A model generated the notes under the pieces. It was not told the origin of the DNA. It did not search any database and saw nothing but the letters and a program-made list of their open reading frames with translations. A DNA stretch of 64,000 bases from positions 40,920,001 to 40,984,000 of the forward strand of contig OZ336880.1 of the NCBI GenBank assembly GCA_965287045.1, in the 5' to 3' direction. Both the position numbers and the translations under genes were made by a program. Below are positions 61,900 through 64,000 of the stretch, in pieces. The DNA is from Carcharhinus amblyrhynchos (taxonomy: Eukaryota). Numbering within the stretch: the stretch's first letter is position 1; every line of letters starts with the position of its first letter.

Positions 61900-63002
61900 G
61901 TATATCAAAATCTTTATGTCTGTGGATTGCTGTCCTCTTAATTCTTTTTGTGTTCCAGTGCCATGCTGGTTCTTCTACCTAAATATCTTTGATCCCTGTT
62001 GTTGTGTATTTTATGTCTTGATCTGTCTGTTGTTATGTTATTGTACAGTTGTGTTTTGGAGAATATTTTGATGTGTTGTAAGTGTCTGTAATATTCACTA
62101 AATTAACTTGAATGTATAATTTTGAGCCATAACAAGCACCTGCAAGACATCTTTAAAGTTCTGAAATGTCCCAAGCCACATTTCAAATAGGAATCAGGAA
62201 AATAACCGGAAAAGAAGGAGGAGTGGAAGCAAACAAATGACAAGTTGGTTGAAGTGATGGGATTCTCAGACAGTTTTCATGAGAAGAGATAGAATGTAAG
62301 AGGAGGGAATTCCAGACAATAGGATTTGAGTGGCTGAACATTCAGGAACTGGCTGGGTCAGGGGAGAAATGGATGTAAAAAAAATTCTATAATCAGAGGA
62401 ATTGGGCACTAAGGTGGGGAGAGTAGAGAGCTGAAAGGGATTAGAGAGATGGGATTGAGATCATGATGAGCTTTGGAGACAAACATGTGAGAGTTGTATC
62501 TCCTTAGAGTATTTTTTCATCAGCTGCCATTACAGTGACAGGCATTCAGCTGAAACTTCAAGATGTACAGAGCAGGAGAAATTCTAAAGACATTTTCCCA
62601 ATTGGATTTTAAATTAAACACTTTGCAATTGGAAAAGAATGTAAACATAGGGACATATGTACTGGATAAGTGAGAATTTGTATGAGCAGGATATTTGCAG
62701 CATAGTTTTGTACAATTAGCAGCAGTAGAGGGTGGAGAAAGGAAAGTCCGTAAAGAGAACTTTGGAGTAGTTGAATGTGTTGAGTGGAGAAGATGTGTAT
62801 TTGAAACTCAACTGAAAGTAAAATCAGCCTGAATCTATGTTAAATATATTTTTTTAACAAGAGACAGTCGCTTCATTGCAATTTTATTTTTGGACACTTG
62901 GTTGTTCGAGAAAATACTTGAAAATCTCAGCAGGTCTGACAGCATCTGTGAAGAGAGATGTAGAAGTAATAATTCGCTGTTATGGATTCTAAACATTAAC
63001 TC

Positions 63003-64000
63003 TGGGCTGAATTTTCTGGCCCTCTAACAGCAGGCGAGGGAAACAGTGCAGTGGCAGTTTCCCACCAGTGTAAAATGATGGTGGGATCTTCTGCACGTCA
63101 TGGTGGGTTAAAATTTCCACCAGAAATTGGCGTAAAACTGATTTGCATTGCGCTAATGGAATCCAGATGAAGCCACAATTGGAATTGCTCTCCCTGCCTG
63201 ATCTGTGGTGCTGCCAATGGGAAATCTCGCCGATATACAGAACACATCTGGACCAACATGGTGTACATGTCAGCATTTACCTGAAGGCAGTCTGGGGCAG
63301 CTCGCTGTGACCTGAAGAGGAGACAAAGGCCTCTAGCAACCAGACCCCAGAACACCAGGTGCAGCAGTGGAAGGGGTGGGGAATATCAACCATGTGAATC
63401 TTCTCCATATAGCAGCTTCCAGGAAGTGGTTGTTCTCGGTGAAGCAACTCCTCCCAGGATTTGGATCTACAAGCTGCAGGTGAAAGGCTGCAGGAGGTAC
63501 TGGTCTGTGCTAAGAATGGGAGACATTAGACAGGGAGGAAAGGAGTGAAGTGGTGGAGTGGTGGCAGGTATTAGGGGAAAAGGAGAGATTCTGCAACGGT
63601 TCTGGAATGGGTGAGCTGGTATGGAACAGGAGAGTGGGAAAGGTCCTGCTGGAGTGCAGGTGGGGGAGCATGTTGTGCATATATGAAAGGGCAGGGAGGT
63701 GGTGTAGAGGTGTGAATGGACTTGGGCGAGAAGAAAGAGAAGGTTTTAAAGGGAGAGGTCAGTAGAGTCAATGGAGAATTCCTGGAGGGCACATGAGGGT
63801 ATCAATGATAAGATGGAATGATGACATTTAAAGGGGCACTAGAAGCCAATAGGATAAGGATGCGGTGAAATGGAATGAAGGGGTGCTGAGGATTGTTGGA
63901 AGGAATGGGGAAAGTGATGCGGATTTTGGGGTTGGCAAGATAAGGGGGCATGAGAGGATTAGGGGAAGATAAGGGGGCATGAGGGCATTAGAGGATGAGA
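63003..64000. mobile_element. Left part of a GC/purine-rich TIR element (Harbinger-like), runs off the window
   Basis: Begins GGGCTGAATTTTCT like the other TIR elements; G/A-rich interior with gggggcatgag repeats. Confidence 0.5.

Overview
Eukaryotic (vertebrate) genomic DNA: a 64-kb interior slice of the titin gene (TTN) on the + strand, most likely from a shark, judged from HE1-like V-SINEs, HER1/CR1 LINEs and a DeuSINE-like relic. Bases 428-8922 carry the I-band exons for the Ig domain before N2A and the whole N2A signalling element (I80, UN2A, I81, I82, I83). From 9036 to 61899 I can read 36 small symmetric (phase 1-1, length 3n) PEVK-region exons, most missed or mis-framed by the ORF track. 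The introns are full of CR1-type LINEs, tRNA-derived SINEs and Harbinger-like non-autonomous TIR elements. The most interesting structure is in the PEVK array, which shows exon amplification at several ages: (i) a triplicated 1.7-1.85 kb exon cassette that carries an 81-bp inverted repeat, creating competing pre-mRNA pairings that could loop out exons; (ii) a 7-member exon family co-duplicated with an antisense LINE fragment, including an almost perfect 870-bp duplication; (iii) intra-exon minisatellites; (iv) a shared 3' splice-site architecture with a built-in in-frame backup acceptor. No prokaryotic system, CRISPR array or RNA gene is supported. Exon boundaries were read by eye from AG/GT motifs and reading frame; repeat boundaries are approximate and family names come from recalled consensus, not a database search.
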